From assembly GCA_963664405.1 (NCBI GenBank), contig OY761158.1, positions 4,608,001 through 4,672,000 of the forward strand: a DNA stretch of 64,000 nucleotides, in the 5' to 3' direction. Shown in pieces: positions 1-9,563 of the stretch. The number at the start of each line of letters is the position of its first letter. The stretch's first letter is position 1. The notes under the pieces are model-generated. The model was not told the origin of the DNA. It was given only the letters and a program-made list of their open reading frames with translations, and did not search any database. A program made the position numbers and the translations under genes. The stretch is from Thermoanaerobaculia bacterium (lineage in GTDB: Bacteria; Acidobacteriota; Thermoanaerobaculia; Multivoradales; Multivoraceae).

Positions 1-60
1 CATGTGGGAGCATCGTCGGGGACTCAGGCTGGTTCAATAACAGCAGGGACGGAGGGATAG

Positions 61-2163
61 ATGAAGAGTCGGTGGTCCGAGCGCGACGCGCAAGAATTCC
101 GCGACCGCTACCGGGAGTGGGGAGAAGACGTCGCACTCCGGGTCTACAGCTCACGCCTTATTGGCGGCGATCCCGCCCTGGTGATGCATGGCGGCGGCAA
201 CACTTCGGTGAAGAGCACGTGGCGAAACCTCTTCGGCGAGCCGGTCGAGGCCATCTTCGTAAAGGGAAGCGGATGGGATCTCGACTCGATCGAGCCGGCG
301 GGCCTACCGGGTCTCGAGCTCGCCTATCTGCGGCGCCTCCAGGCGGTGGAGCACCTGTCCGATGAGGAGATGGTGAATCAGCTTCGCACGCACCTCTTCG
401 ACGCGGCGGCGCCGAACCCTTCGGTCGAGACCCTTCTCCACGCTTTTCTGCCCCACAAGTTCGTCGACCACTCTCACGCCGATGTCATCCTCGCCCTGAC
501 CAACCAGGCTGAAGGCGCAGATCTGATCGCCGAAGCGCTGGGCCCCAAGGTGGCGCTGGTGCCCTACGTGATGCCGGGTTTTGCCCTGTCTGGAGCGGCC
601 GCGCGAGTCGCCGAGGCTCATCCGGGCTGTGAAGGAATGGTGCTGATGCATCACGGTCTCTTCACTTGGGGAGAAACGGCCAGGGAGAGCTACGAGCGTC
701 ACCTCGATCAGGTGACCCGCGCCGAGGACTTCCTCCACGCTCGCACCGGGCGGCGACTGTCGGTAGGCCGGCCGGCAAGCGCTGTGGAGGATCGAGCCGA
801 GGTCGCGGCGGAAGTCGCTCCGCTGGTTCGTGGGGCTCTGACCCGGGCCGACGATCGTGACCGGCGTTGGATTCTCGATTTCCGAGTGACCGGCGGCATC
901 GAAGAGTTGGTCGATGGGGAAGACACCTCGACCGTGCTCGCCACCGGTCCGCTCACCCCCGACCATGTCATTCGCACCAAAGAGCTACCCCTGGTCCTCC
1001 CTCCATACGACGGCACCGCTGCCGAGGCGTGGGCGGCGGAGCTCGAGGAGCGTCTTCGCCTCTACATGTCTGCCTACGACCGCTATTTCCGGGAAGCGTC
1101 GGAAGCGAGAGAGAGAACCGACCTCGAGCGTCTCGACCCGTTGCCTCGGATCGTGGTGATCGAGCGGCTGGGAGTGTTGGCAGTTGGCGAATCGAAGCGA
1201 GCGGCGGCGGTGGCCGGCGATATCTATGAGCATACAGCCGAAGTGAAGGCGGTCGCACGATCTCTGGCGCCTTATCGAGCTCTCGACCCGCTGGATCTCT
1301 TCGATGTCGAATACTGGAGTCTGGAGCAGGCGAAGCTCGGAAAGAAGGCGGCACCGGCGCTGCAGGGCCGAGTGGCCCTGGTTACCGGCGCCGGTGGAGT
1401 GATCGGTGCGGCAATCAGCGTTGCGCTGGCTCGTGAGGGTGCCGCGGTCGTCGCCACCGATATCGACAGCGACGCTCTTGTTGCAACCGTGGATCGCGCT
1501 CGAGCGGAAAACACTGCCGGCGAGGTGACGAGCCTAGTGTGTGACGTCTGTGACGAAGTTTCGGTCGCGGCTGCCTTCCGGCAGACCCGCCTCAGTCTTG
1601 GTGGCGTTGACATCGTTGTGCTCAACGCCGGTATCGCAAAGAGCGCTCCGATCGATGAGCTGAGTCTGGACGACTGGAATCGGGTTCTCGAGATCAATCT
1701 GACCGGTTATTTCATCACTCTTCGCGAGGCGGCGCGCCTGTTCAAAGTCCAAGGGACAGGTGGAAACGTAGTGGTGAACGCATCGAAGAACGTTTTTGCA
1801 CCGGGCGCCGATTTTGCGGCGTATTCTGTCTCCAAGGGGGGAGGTCACCAACTCGGCCGCTTGGCCGCGATTGAGCTGGCGCCCCATGGTGTTCGGGTAA
1901 ACATGATCAATCCCGATGCAGTGTTCAGCTATGGCGATCTCACTTCGGGGCTGTGGGAAGAGGTCGGTCGGGAGCGCGCCCGCTCTCGAGGCTTGGATCT
2001 CGAGCAGCTGGAGGACTACTACCGAGATCGCAACTTGCTCAAGACGCGCATAACCGCCGAGGATGTCGCCAGGGCCGTGCTCTTCTTCGCCAGGGAGGAA
2101 ACGCCAACTACCGGCGCTACTCTACCGGTGGACGGAGGATTGCCAGGCGCCTTCCCGAGATAG
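61..2163 (+). CDS. Bifunctional class II aldolase/short-chain dehydrogenase (rhamnulose-1-phosphate aldolase/dehydrogenase-like)
   Basis: N-terminal GGGNTSVK, KGSG, PSVETLLH and HSH aldolase-II motifs; C-terminal SDR domain (TGAGGVIG, NAG, YxxxK); GGAGG RBS. Confidence 0.9.
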   Translation: MKSRWSERDAQEFRDRYREWGEDVALRVYSSRLIGGDPALVMHGGGNTSVKSTWRNLFGEPVEAIFVKGSGWDLDSIEPAGLPGLELAYLRRLQAVEHLSDEEMVNQLRTHLFDAAAPNPSVETLLHAFLPHKFVDHSHADVILALTNQAEGADLIAEALGPKVALVPYVMPGFALSGAAARVAEAHPGCEGMVLMHHGLFTWGETARESYERHLDQVTRAEDFLHARTGRRLSVGRPASAVEDRAEVAAEVAPLVRGALTRADDRDRRWILDFRVTGGIEELVDGEDTSTVLATGPLTPDHVIRTKELPLVLPPYDGTAAEAWAAELEERLRLYMSAYDRYFREASEARERTDLERLDPLPRIVVIERLGVLAVGESKRAAAVAGDIYEHTAEVKAVARSLAPYRALDPLDLFDVEYWSLEQAKLGKKAAPALQGRVALVTGAGGVIGAAISVALAREGAAVVATDIDSDALVATVDRARAENTAGEVTSLVCDVCDEVSVAAAFRQTRLSLGGVDIVVLNAGIAKSAPIDELSLDDWNRVLEINLTGYFITLREAARLFKVQGTGGNVVVNASKNVFAPGADFAAYSVSKGGGHQLGRLAAIELAPHGVRVNMINPDAVFSYGDLTSGLWEEVGRERARSRGLDLEQLEDYYRDRNLLKTRITAEDVARAVLFFAREETPTTGATLPVDGGLPGAFPR

Positions 2164-2179
2164 CGATCCCCGTCCCCGC

Positions 2180-3853
2180 CTACCACTTTCGCGAGATTAC
2201 ACACGCATTCACGCCGCCGACGCCCATCGAGATCTTCCCTGCAGCCCCGCTCGGAGCCTCGCAAGCTTGATCGAAGACGAAGCGCCGGTGTAGGCCGGCG
2301 ATTTCCGCATTGAGGTCTCCCTCGGGTAGCGGTGTGGGGAGGAGACGGTCTCGCGCCAGCCCGAGATACTGCGCGGTCAGCTCCCAACCGCCGCTCACTC
2401 CCATGCCGTGTCCGAAGATCCCTTTGCGGGCGGTCACGATCACGTCCTCCGAGATCACTCGACGCAGATTCTCTACCTCTTGATAGTCGCCGGGGGTGGC
2501 GGTGGCGTGTAGATCCCAAGTGGCCAGGTCCCCGGCTGCGGTGCCCGCAGCCTTCAGAGCATCGCCAATAGCCTGGAGAGGGCCTTCCTTCGACGGCGTG
2601 ATGATGTGGTCGGCATCAGAGCTCACTCCGACCCCGAGTGGCTCGACCCCCAAAGGGCGGTACCCCTTCTCGGTCATGTAGTCGAGGTCGCCGACGATCC
2701 AGATTGCCGCTCCTCCGGATATGTGAGTGCCACGCAGCCCGGTCAAGGGCCTCGATACTTCCTTGTCCGCTGAGATCACGCGAGCGTTGTAAAACGCCCC
2801 GACGGTCAGCGGGTGGGGAGCGGGGTCGGCAGCTCCGACGACGACGGCTCTTGCCTCGCCCTGCTGTATGGCGTCCATTGCCAATTTCAGGCAGACCCCG
2901 AAGGTGGCACAGGCGCCCACCGGCGCGAAGCTGAGGCCGGTGATCTTGCCGACCATCGAGATGTTGGCCGCGGGAGTGTTGTGGAGGTTCCAGATCGTTT
3001 GCGCGAGGCGTTTGTCATCCCAGGGTGGTGTTGGTGCCCCCCACTTCTCCTGCAGCCGCGCATTGCCGGTTCGTTTCTGACGGATGACGCTTCTCTTGCC
3101 CGCTTCGGTCTCTCCTTGGACGTCGACAGCCTCGATCACGCGTAACTCTTCCAAGTACTCTCGCAGCTCGGGTGACTTGGCGGCCCAGTACCGGTTCCAC
3201 TGCCGCTCCGCCTCGGAGCGCTCGTCGGTCTCCACGGTTGCGGGGTCGGGCGGTCTGGTGCCTTCGTCATCGGTACTCCCAGCGCGCCTCGCGGAGTTGT
3301 GCTCCGATGCGGCCCAGAACCGATCCCAGCGCTCCTGGGCGCGATCGAGCCGGATGCTGGTGTCGTAGATCGTGGGCAGATCACCGAGGCCTGTGCCAAC
3401 GTAGACGTGCGCCAGCCCCCCGAGGTCTTGCAGTTCCTTTTCCAGCCCGGGATTCTGGTCCAGGGCCTGGATAAAGGAACCCATCGCGTACTGGGTCGGG
3501 GCTCCCATCTTCTCTCGGATCTGGGCGAAGCGTGACGGACGGAAGCGCGCGGCGAGCCACTCCCGATAGGTCTCCAGATCGAAGCTGGGATTGCCGACGA
3601 GGAAGTTGTCGGGACCGAAGCCGTCAAAAGGCTCGAGCCAGGACTCCGCCGACTCGAGATTCTTCTCGAAGGCAGAGATGTCGGCCGAGCGAGGGGCTAC
3701 CAGCCCCCAGCCGAAGACACCTACTCGTTTCTTGTTATCGCCCAAGAGCGCCTGCCGCCGCCCCTTCCGCGGCACCTGATGCGCGCCGCTCGAGAAAGTA
3801 CTCGAGCGCCGCTTTACTCGGCCTCGACGACCTCGACATCCATCATTGCGCAC
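2180..3853 (-). CDS. Beta-ketoacyl synthase (FabF/FabB-like) with large internal insertion; true start probably ~60-120 bp downstream of 3853
   Basis: GACATFG (catalytic Cys), HATAT and GIFGHGMG (His pair), SDADHI, C-terminal SMGVGGVNA. Confidence 0.8.
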   Translation of the reverse strand: MRNDGCRGRRGRVKRRSSTFSSGAHQVPRKGRRQALLGDNKKRVGVFGWGLVAPRSADISAFEKNLESAESWLEPFDGFGPDNFLVGNPSFDLETYREWLAARFRPSRFAQIREKMGAPTQYAMGSFIQALDQNPGLEKELQDLGGLAHVYVGTGLGDLPTIYDTSIRLDRAQERWDRFWAASEHNSARRAGSTDDEGTRPPDPATVETDERSEAERQWNRYWAAKSPELREYLEELRVIEAVDVQGETEAGKRSVIRQKRTGNARLQEKWGAPTPPWDDKRLAQTIWNLHNTPAANISMVGKITGLSFAPVGACATFGVCLKLAMDAIQQGEARAVVVGAADPAPHPLTVGAFYNARVISADKEVSRPLTGLRGTHISGGAAIWIVGDLDYMTEKGYRPLGVEPLGVGVSSDADHIITPSKEGPLQAIGDALKAAGTAAGDLATWDLHATATPGDYQEVENLRRVISEDVIVTARKGIFGHGMGVSGGWELTAQYLGLARDRLLPTPLPEGDLNAEIAGLHRRFVFDQACEAPSGAAGKISMGVGGVNACVISRKW

Positions 3854-4314
3854 AAGCCTTCGTCGGCGAGAGTGCGATGATCGCCGTCACCGACCTGGAT
3901 CGAAAGGTGATGGGTGCCGGGAGTGAGTTGCACGTCGATACTGGACGAGCCATCGCCGAAATGAACCCAGGGCTCGGCGGCGGGGATGATCTCACCAGGA
4001 GGTAGGCAGTGGCCGTCGATCGCGATGTGATGATGCCCGGCTCCAGGGTTGACCTCACCCTCGACCCGCGGCTCGATGGTGAAATTCTCGGCTCCGAACT
4101 CGAAGTGAACCGGACTCGTCACGCTCGCGTTTTCCGCCGGCTCGACAAAGAAAATTCGCGGGCTGGTATCTACTTCCGCAGCCTCGGCGGGCGGTGGCGG
4201 TGCGGCTTCCTCGACATGCTCGGCGTGCTCAGCTCCACCGCCGCAACCCATTGCGGTCAGGGCGAGAACAAGAGCCAGAAAGATAAGGACTGGGTGAACG
4301 CGGGTTTGAATCAT
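3814..4314 (-). CDS. DUF4399-domain lipoprotein
   Basis: Lipobox-like signal (LTAMGC), GHHHIAID, HFGDG, LTPGTHHL motifs; ATG at 4314 after GGAG RBS. Confidence 0.8.
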   Translation of the reverse strand: MIQTRVHPVLIFLALVLALTAMGCGGGAEHAEHVEEAAPPPPAEAAEVDTSPRIFFVEPAENASVTSPVHFEFGAENFTIEPRVEGEVNPGAGHHHIAIDGHCLPPGEIIPAAEPWVHFGDGSSSIDVQLTPGTHHLSIQVGDGDHRTLADEGLCAMMDVEVVEAE

Positions 4315-4443
4315 GATCTCAGTTCTCCCTCGGTTTTGGACGCCCATCGCGCCCCTATTCTCTGTTGGGCGGTGGCCAAACACGCTTTGGGCCGAACCCG
4401 GATCATAGTCGACGCGGTGCGTGATCAGCAAGCAGTACAGCGG

Positions 4444-5028
4444 CTACGGATTGAGACGGTGAGCGGTCCATCCCTCTGCGCTGCGTTCGTAGACGAAGCG
4501 ATCGTGGAGACGGAAGCGCCTTTCGGTCCAGAACTCGATAGCCTCCGGCACCACTCGGAAGCCCCCCCAGTACGGGGGCCGCGGCACTTTCCTGCCGAGA
4601 TTGCGCGACTCGACCTTAGCCACTTCGGCTACCAGTCGCGCTCGGCTCTCCAATGGACGGCTCTGTTGCGAAGCCCAAGCTCCCAATTGGCTGCCACGAT
4701 CCCTGGAGGAGAAGTAGGCGTCAGCCTGCTCGTCGGAGACGGCCTCGGCGCGACCCCGAATGTTGATCTGCTCGCCAAGCTCGCGCCAGTAGAAGTTGAG
4801 GCTTACGTGTGGATTGTCGCGGAGCTCACGTCCCTTGCGGCTCTCGAAGTTCGTATAGAAAACGAACCCTTCGCGATCGAAGTGCTTTAGTAACACTTGG
4901 CGGGAAGACGGCTGCCCACTCTTGTCGACAGTGCAGAGCACCATCGCGTCAGGGTTCTTGATGCCGAGAGCGAGTGCTTGCGCGTGAATCTCGCCGAAAC
5001 GCGAGAATGGGTCGGTCATCGTGGCCAT
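4444..5028 (-). CDS. pdxH: Pyridoxamine 5'-phosphate oxidase
   Basis: RQVLLK, FYTNFESRKG, SQLGAWASQQS, WGGFRVVP, RLHDRF motifs. Confidence 0.95.
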   Translation of the reverse strand: MATMTDPFSRFGEIHAQALALGIKNPDAMVLCTVDKSGQPSSRQVLLKHFDREGFVFYTNFESRKGRELRDNPHVSLNFYWRELGEQINIRGRAEAVSDEQADAYFSSRDRGSQLGAWASQQSRPLESRARLVAEVAKVESRNLGRKVPRPPYWGGFRVVPEAIEFWTERRFRLHDRFVYERSAEGWTAHRLNP

Positions 5029-5065
5029 GGGCCTGGTGCTCCCAATCGAGCCGACGGATATTACC

Positions 5066-5232
5066 CTAGACCAGCGTTTCCAAAGTCGCGCTACAATAGC
5101 TCGCGGTCATTCTGTTCGCTGGCAAGGCGCGCCGACGCAGGCATATTGGGGAATATGTCGAGGAGGCGCAACGCCGCCAGCGGGGCAGAACGGGCCGAGA
5201 TATGTAGCGCTACTTTGGAAACGCTGGTCTAG
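5066..5232 (+). mobile_element. MITE-like palindromic element, type A copy 1
   Basis: Terminal inverted repeats CTAGACCAGCGTTTCCAAAGT...ACTTTGGAAACGCTGGTCTAG; homologous copies at 6883 and 9302. Confidence 0.9.
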
Positions 5233-5287
5233 TCTTCGAGACCGAAGGAAACAACAACGATCGTTTCCTTCGGTGCGCCGTCCTCGG

Positions 5288-5584
5288 CTAGGCGACCTTC
5301 TGATTGACAAGCCCAGATGCCGACGTTGCTGGGATCTTGCCCCGGCTCAGTAGTTGCTCGAGATCTCCTGTCCTGAAAACACGGCGGGTCTCCGAGGCCG
5401 CTACTCGGGCGTTGTCGCTGACGAAAAGGACGGTCTCGTCGAGTAGGCGAGAGTGGACGGTAACGATGAGGCCGGCGCGCGCGAAGTTCTCGAGGCCCAT
5501 CTGAGCCACTTCGGAGGTAGTACGCCTCGGTGACGTTTCACGGTTGCGGAGAGAGAGTGCGGCCATCTTTGACTCCTTGGTCAT
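5288..5584 (-). CDS. Small hypothetical protein (98 aa)
   Basis: ORF with plausible composition in an otherwise empty interval; family not recognised. Confidence 0.45.
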   Translation of the reverse strand: MTKESKMAALSLRNRETSPRRTTSEVAQMGLENFARAGLIVTVHSRLLDETVLFVSDNARVAASETRRVFRTGDLEQLLSRGKIPATSASGLVNQKVA

Positions 5585-5670
5585 TATTCATGGAAGAAGC
5601 CTATCACGAAGTTACGCCTTATTTACGCCTTCAGGGAGGAAAGTATCGGCTATCTTGCCGCGCAGTGACT

Positions 5671-5997
5671 TCAGAACACGAAGAGCTCGGGATAGTCCAA
5701 GGAGGGCGTCTCGAGCTCTGTCCCCTCCGCCCCCTCTGCTGCTTCTAGCGTCACCCAGGCGTGGCCGAATCGGTCGGCGTCCTCGATGCGGAAGCCCAGA
5801 TGAAGCTTTGGCTGCAGACCGCAGCGTGATCACATGAGAATCAGGCTTCCCTGGCGGAGTGTGGCGACGGTGTCGTCGAACGGCAGGCTCTTCGTCAGCA
5901 GCGCGACCCGCTGGGCGGCGCTCGAGGTCGCGGCGACGGCTCGAAGGTAGAGCAGAGGATGACGGCCGGCCTTGGCGAGAGCGCGCAGAATAGACAC
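5671..5997 (-). pseudogene. Lasso-peptide B2/transglutaminase-like protease remnant (in-frame TGA at 5830-5832, catalytic Cys region apparently deleted)
   Basis: Read-through translation gives ...QGSLILM*SRCGLQPKLHLGFRIEDADRFGHAWVTL..., containing the LHLG and GHAWV B2 motifs. Confidence 0.6.
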
Positions 5998-6162
5998 CGC
6001 AGCTGCTATACCCCCGATCCTATGGAGCTCGCCGCGATGACTCTCGCAACCGCTGCTGAAAGGTCTAGCGTGCGAATTCCGTCGAGAGGGCCCGGCATGG
6101 GATCGCGAGGCTATCGTATCGGCGCCAATCTCGTTGTTTGCGGGAGGTTGTAGAGTGGACGC

Positions 6163-6879
6163 ATGAGCGCTTGTGAACCGTTGTGGAGAAAGAGGCGGAC
6201 ACCCACGGTTGTGATGGCTCTCGGCGTCTGTCTGCTGGGTGTAGCTTCTTCGGCTCAAGAAGAGAGTGTTCGCCCTGGCGTGAACGATGGTTATCGAGAT
6301 CCTGACGTCGAGGTTTGGAGATCTCGCCTCGAGGCCGAGGATCGAGCGATCTTCAAGTATCGCCACGCAATTGTTGCGATCCTGGGCCTCGAGCCCGGCA
6401 TGAGTGTTGCGGATGTGGGTGCGGGTACCGGCTTCCTGACCCAGATGATCGCGCGAGAGGTCGGCGCGGAGGGGAAGGTCTACGCAGTAGATGTTGTCGA
6501 GGAGTTTCTCGATCTGATTGCCGCCGACGCCGAAAGGGCCGGCATCGAGAACCTGGTCACGGTGCTCGGCGACCAGAAGACGACGAAGCTGGAGAGTGGG
6601 GTCGCGGATCTGATCCTGGTCTGCGACGCTTACCACCACTTCGAATTCCCCCAGCACACGCTGGCCTCTCTTCACCAGGCCCTGCGTCTCTCCGGTACGC
6701 TCGTTGTTATCGACTTCGAGCGAATCGAGGGTAAGAGCGCGCCTTTCGCTCTCGGCCACATCCGAGCCGGTAAGGGCACCTTCACCGACGAGATCAAGAA
6801 CGCCGGCTTCGAGCTCGAGCGAGAGATCCCGCTGATGGAAGACGAGGGCCAGTACGTACTGGTCTTCGCTAAGCGCTAG
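6163..6879 (+). CDS. Class I SAM-dependent methyltransferase with predicted signal peptide
   Basis: VADVGAGTG motif I, YAVDV, YHHFEFP; hydrophobic N-terminus. Confidence 0.9.
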   Translation: MSACEPLWRKRRTPTVVMALGVCLLGVASSAQEESVRPGVNDGYRDPDVEVWRSRLEAEDRAIFKYRHAIVAILGLEPGMSVADVGAGTGFLTQMIAREVGAEGKVYAVDVVEEFLDLIAADAERAGIENLVTVLGDQKTTKLESGVADLILVCDAYHHFEFPQHTLASLHQALRLSGTLVVIDFERIEGKSAPFALGHIRAGKGTFTDEIKNAGFELEREIPLMEDEGQYVLVFAKR

Positions 6880-6882
6880 GTA

Positions 6883-7048
6883 CTAGACCAGCGTTTCCAA
6901 AGTTCGCGCACAATATCTCGGCCCCTTCTGTCCGCTGACGGCGTTTCGCCTCCTCGACATATTGCCCAATATGCCTGCGTCGGCGCGCCTGGCCAGCGAA
7001 CAGAATGACCTCGAGCTATTGCACACGAACTTTGGAAACGCTGGTCTA
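6883..7048 (-). mobile_element. MITE-like element, type A copy 2 (reverse orientation)
   Basis: Same terminal repeats; interior is the reverse complement of copies 1 and 3. Confidence 0.9.
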
Positions 7049-7049
7049 C

Positions 7050-7209
7050 TGGACCGTAACACCCAAACGTTTAGCGCCTGAGCGGCCCTCGCGGCCGATC
7101 TCTGCGTTACGCTTCCTCGACATAGTCCCCGCTATGCCTGCGTCAGCGCGCCTTGATCTCGACCACGAATGACTCACTCAGCCACTAAACGTTCGAGTGT
7201 TACGGCCCA
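7050..7209 (-). mobile_element. MITE-like element, type B (same core, different arms)
   Basis: Imperfect repeats TGGACCGTAACACCCAAACGTTTAG...CTAAACGTTCGAGTGTTACGGCCCA around core CCTCGACATAG..CTATGCCTGCGTCAGCGCGCCTTG. Confidence 0.8.
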
Positions 7210-8022
7210 CCGATCGTTACCCGCTCGGCAAGCTCGCGGCCGAGGATGTCGGCGGTCGTGGTCACGATTTCGTCGAGGATCTCACCCGCCGGCCGAATGC
7301 TCCGCAACCCGCCTGAGGTCTGGCCGGCGGCATTCATCATCAGCTCGTCTTTGCCCGCCTGACGCACCGAGTAGATGAGGTCGCGAGTCAGCAGCCCTTG
7401 TAGCCCCATCGGCAGGGCACGCAGGCCGCTGTCTTCCCAGGCCTTGATCAGCGGATTGGTGATGTTGCGCATGGTCTTGCCGCTGTAGAGCCTGGTTACG
7501 GTCGTATCTTCGGCAAGCGGCTTCGAGGATCCCCTGCTTTTGCAGCTTCGGCTGGTTGGCTTCCTCGGACACCAGGAAAGCCGTACCGCACCAGGCGCCA
7601 ATCGCGCCCATGGCGAGAACCGCCGCCAGACTCCGTCCATCGGCGATACCGCCGGCGGCTCCCACCGGGATCGGATGAACCGCGTCGATAACCTGGGGCA
7701 GGAGGGCCAGTGTGGCGATGCGCCCGGTATGTCCCCCGGCTTCGGTGCCCTGCGCGACGATGAGGTCGACGCCGTCCTGAGCCACTTGGTGTGCGGCTCG
7801 AACGTTCCCGACCAACGAGATCACTTTGGTGTCGTTGGCGTGCAGCTCGTCGACCCAAGGTCCGGGGCTTCCTAGCCCGGAGGCGAGGACCGGCACCTTT
7901 TCTTCGAGTACGACTTCGACCTGGGAACCGACCCAGCTCTTGCCGACTGGAGCGAGTCGCGGCTCCAAAGGGGTGGGATCTTCCTTCCATTCGACGTCGA
8001 GGCTCTCGGCGATCTCTCGAAG
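7200..8022 (-). pseudogene. Nitronate monooxygenase/2-nitropropane dioxygenase family, C-terminal part (frameshift near 7515)
   Basis: VAQGTEAGGHTG, AAGGIADGR, GTAFL, AGQTSG motifs split over two frames. Confidence 0.85.
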
Positions 8023-8025
8023 TCT

Positions 8026-8338
8026 CCCGGCGTCTTCCCGACCGCAAGGCTCGAGGGGCGGCTTGATGCGGCCGCGATCGAATCGATGGATGTGGGTGCA
8101 TCCCGTGTCGTCAACGCGGACTTGGTTTTGCAGCTGCACGGCGAAGCGCTTGCGGTTCGGGCGGAACTTCTGGTTGCGCGCTTGACGGACGACAAGGTGC
8201 TGGTGGCGAGCCAACCGGTGATCGTCAATGCGGGCAGCGTCGGGTTGGTCGAAGGGATCGAGAAACTTCGCGAGGTGGCAAGCCTGCCGAGCATTAGCAA
8301 CGCCGTTTCGGTGACCGCGACACTGACGTTCAATCGAG
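8026..8338 (+). pseudogene. YceI-family protein, C-terminal fragment
   Basis: FPTARLEG...LQLHG...GLVEGIEKLREVASLPSISNAVSVTATLTF; no start codon and no own stop. Confidence 0.7.
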
Positions 8339-8341
8339 TTG

Positions 8342-8645
8342 CGATGCCGCGGGGCGCTGGACATCCTGCGCGAGCGAGACGTCGAGTTCGATGTCGTCGA
8401 ATACCTCAAAACCCCGTTGTCGCGGGCCGATCTAGAACGTTTTCTTGCGCTCTTGCCAGACGAGCCGTCGGCGCTGGTTCGCAAGGACAAAAACTTCAAG
8501 GACCTCGGATTGGCCGCGGCTGACTATACGACGGCCGAAGCAGTCGTCGAGTTGCTTCTAGAGCATCCAAAGCTGATGCAACGCCCGGTCGTCGTGCGAG
8601 GCGATCAAGCGGTCATTGCGCGGCCCTCAGAAAAGGTCGAGGCGC
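8342..8645 (+). pseudogene. ArsC/Spx/MgsR-family reductase fragment lacking both termini
   Basis: CRGALDIL...VVEYLKTP...HPKLMQRPVV...IARPSEKV; N-terminal YHNPxC missing. Confidence 0.8.
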
Positions 8646-9478
8646 ATTCACGATTGCGCGCACCTCGTTCCAGTCGGCGATGCGACTGGCGACGGGTTTG
8701 TGGTCCGAGGTTTGGTGGTTTTTCGTTCGTGACGTCGAAAACCCCATCGCGCCGGCCTGCACCGCTTCCTTGGCGATTTGTGCCATACGCTTCAAGTCGT
8801 CGTCGGTTGCGGTGTCTGAAAACGCGCGTTCGCCCATGACGTACGTTCTGAGGGCAGAGGGCCCATGTAACCGGCGTAGTTGATGCCCTTGGGTAGAGCG
8901 TCCAGCACGTCCAGGTACTCGGGATATGTCTCCCAATTCCAATTGATGCCGGCGAGCATCGCGTCGCGGGAGATATCCTCGGCCCGTTCGAGGTTCCTGA
9001 ACACAAGATCCGCCTCGGCTTCGCGGCACGGCGCCAGCGTGAAGCCGCAGTTCCCCATGACGACGGATGTCACCCCGTGGTAACACGAGCAAGAACCGAT
9101 CGGACCCCAAAAAACTTGGGCGTCCAATGTGTGTGTGACCGTCCACGAAACCGGGCGCGACGACGTGACCCTCGGCGTCGATCGTTTCCGCCGCAGATTC
9201 ACGAATACGGCCGATGGATTCAATTCTGCTGTTGTTGATGCCGACGTCGGCCTGCACGCGGGCGCCGCCAGAACCGTCGATGACGGTACCGTTTTTGATC
9301 ACTAGACCAGCGTTTCCAAAGTTCGTGTACATAGCTCGAGGTCATTCTGTTTGCTGGCAAGGCGCACCGACGCAGGCATATTGGGCAATATGTCGAGGAG
9401 GCGGAACGCCGCCAGCGAGCAGAAGGGGCCGAGATCTGTGCGCGAACTTTGGAAACGCTGGTCTAGGTCGTAAGGCAT
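8643..9478 (-). pseudogene. N-acyl-D-amino-acid deacylase-type amidohydrolase, 5' fragment, frameshifted and interrupted by MITE copy 3
   Basis: MPYDL|VIKNGTVIDGSG, APGFVDGHTH, HGVTSVVMGNCG, GFSTSR; 3' half absent. Confidence 0.85.
9302..9466 (+). mobile_element. MITE-like element, type A copy 3, inserted in codon 5-6 of the amidohydrolase gene
   Basis: Removing the element plus one CTAG restores ATG CCT TAC GAC CTA GTG ATC AAA on the minus strand. Confidence 0.92.
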
Positions 9479-9563
9479 GGGTCATCCCCTCCCAGGGATT
9501 GGTGAGACGTACAGGCTAACAACTGCGGTATTGCGACGCAAAAGCCTCCCGCGGGGGTTCGAA

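Noticed and set aside
5066-9466. Repeats as a CRISPR array or integron attC sites
   Set aside because: Units are ~160 bp, irregularly spaced, in both orientations, CTAG-bounded and lack RYYYAAC/GTTRRRY ends; no cas or intI gene
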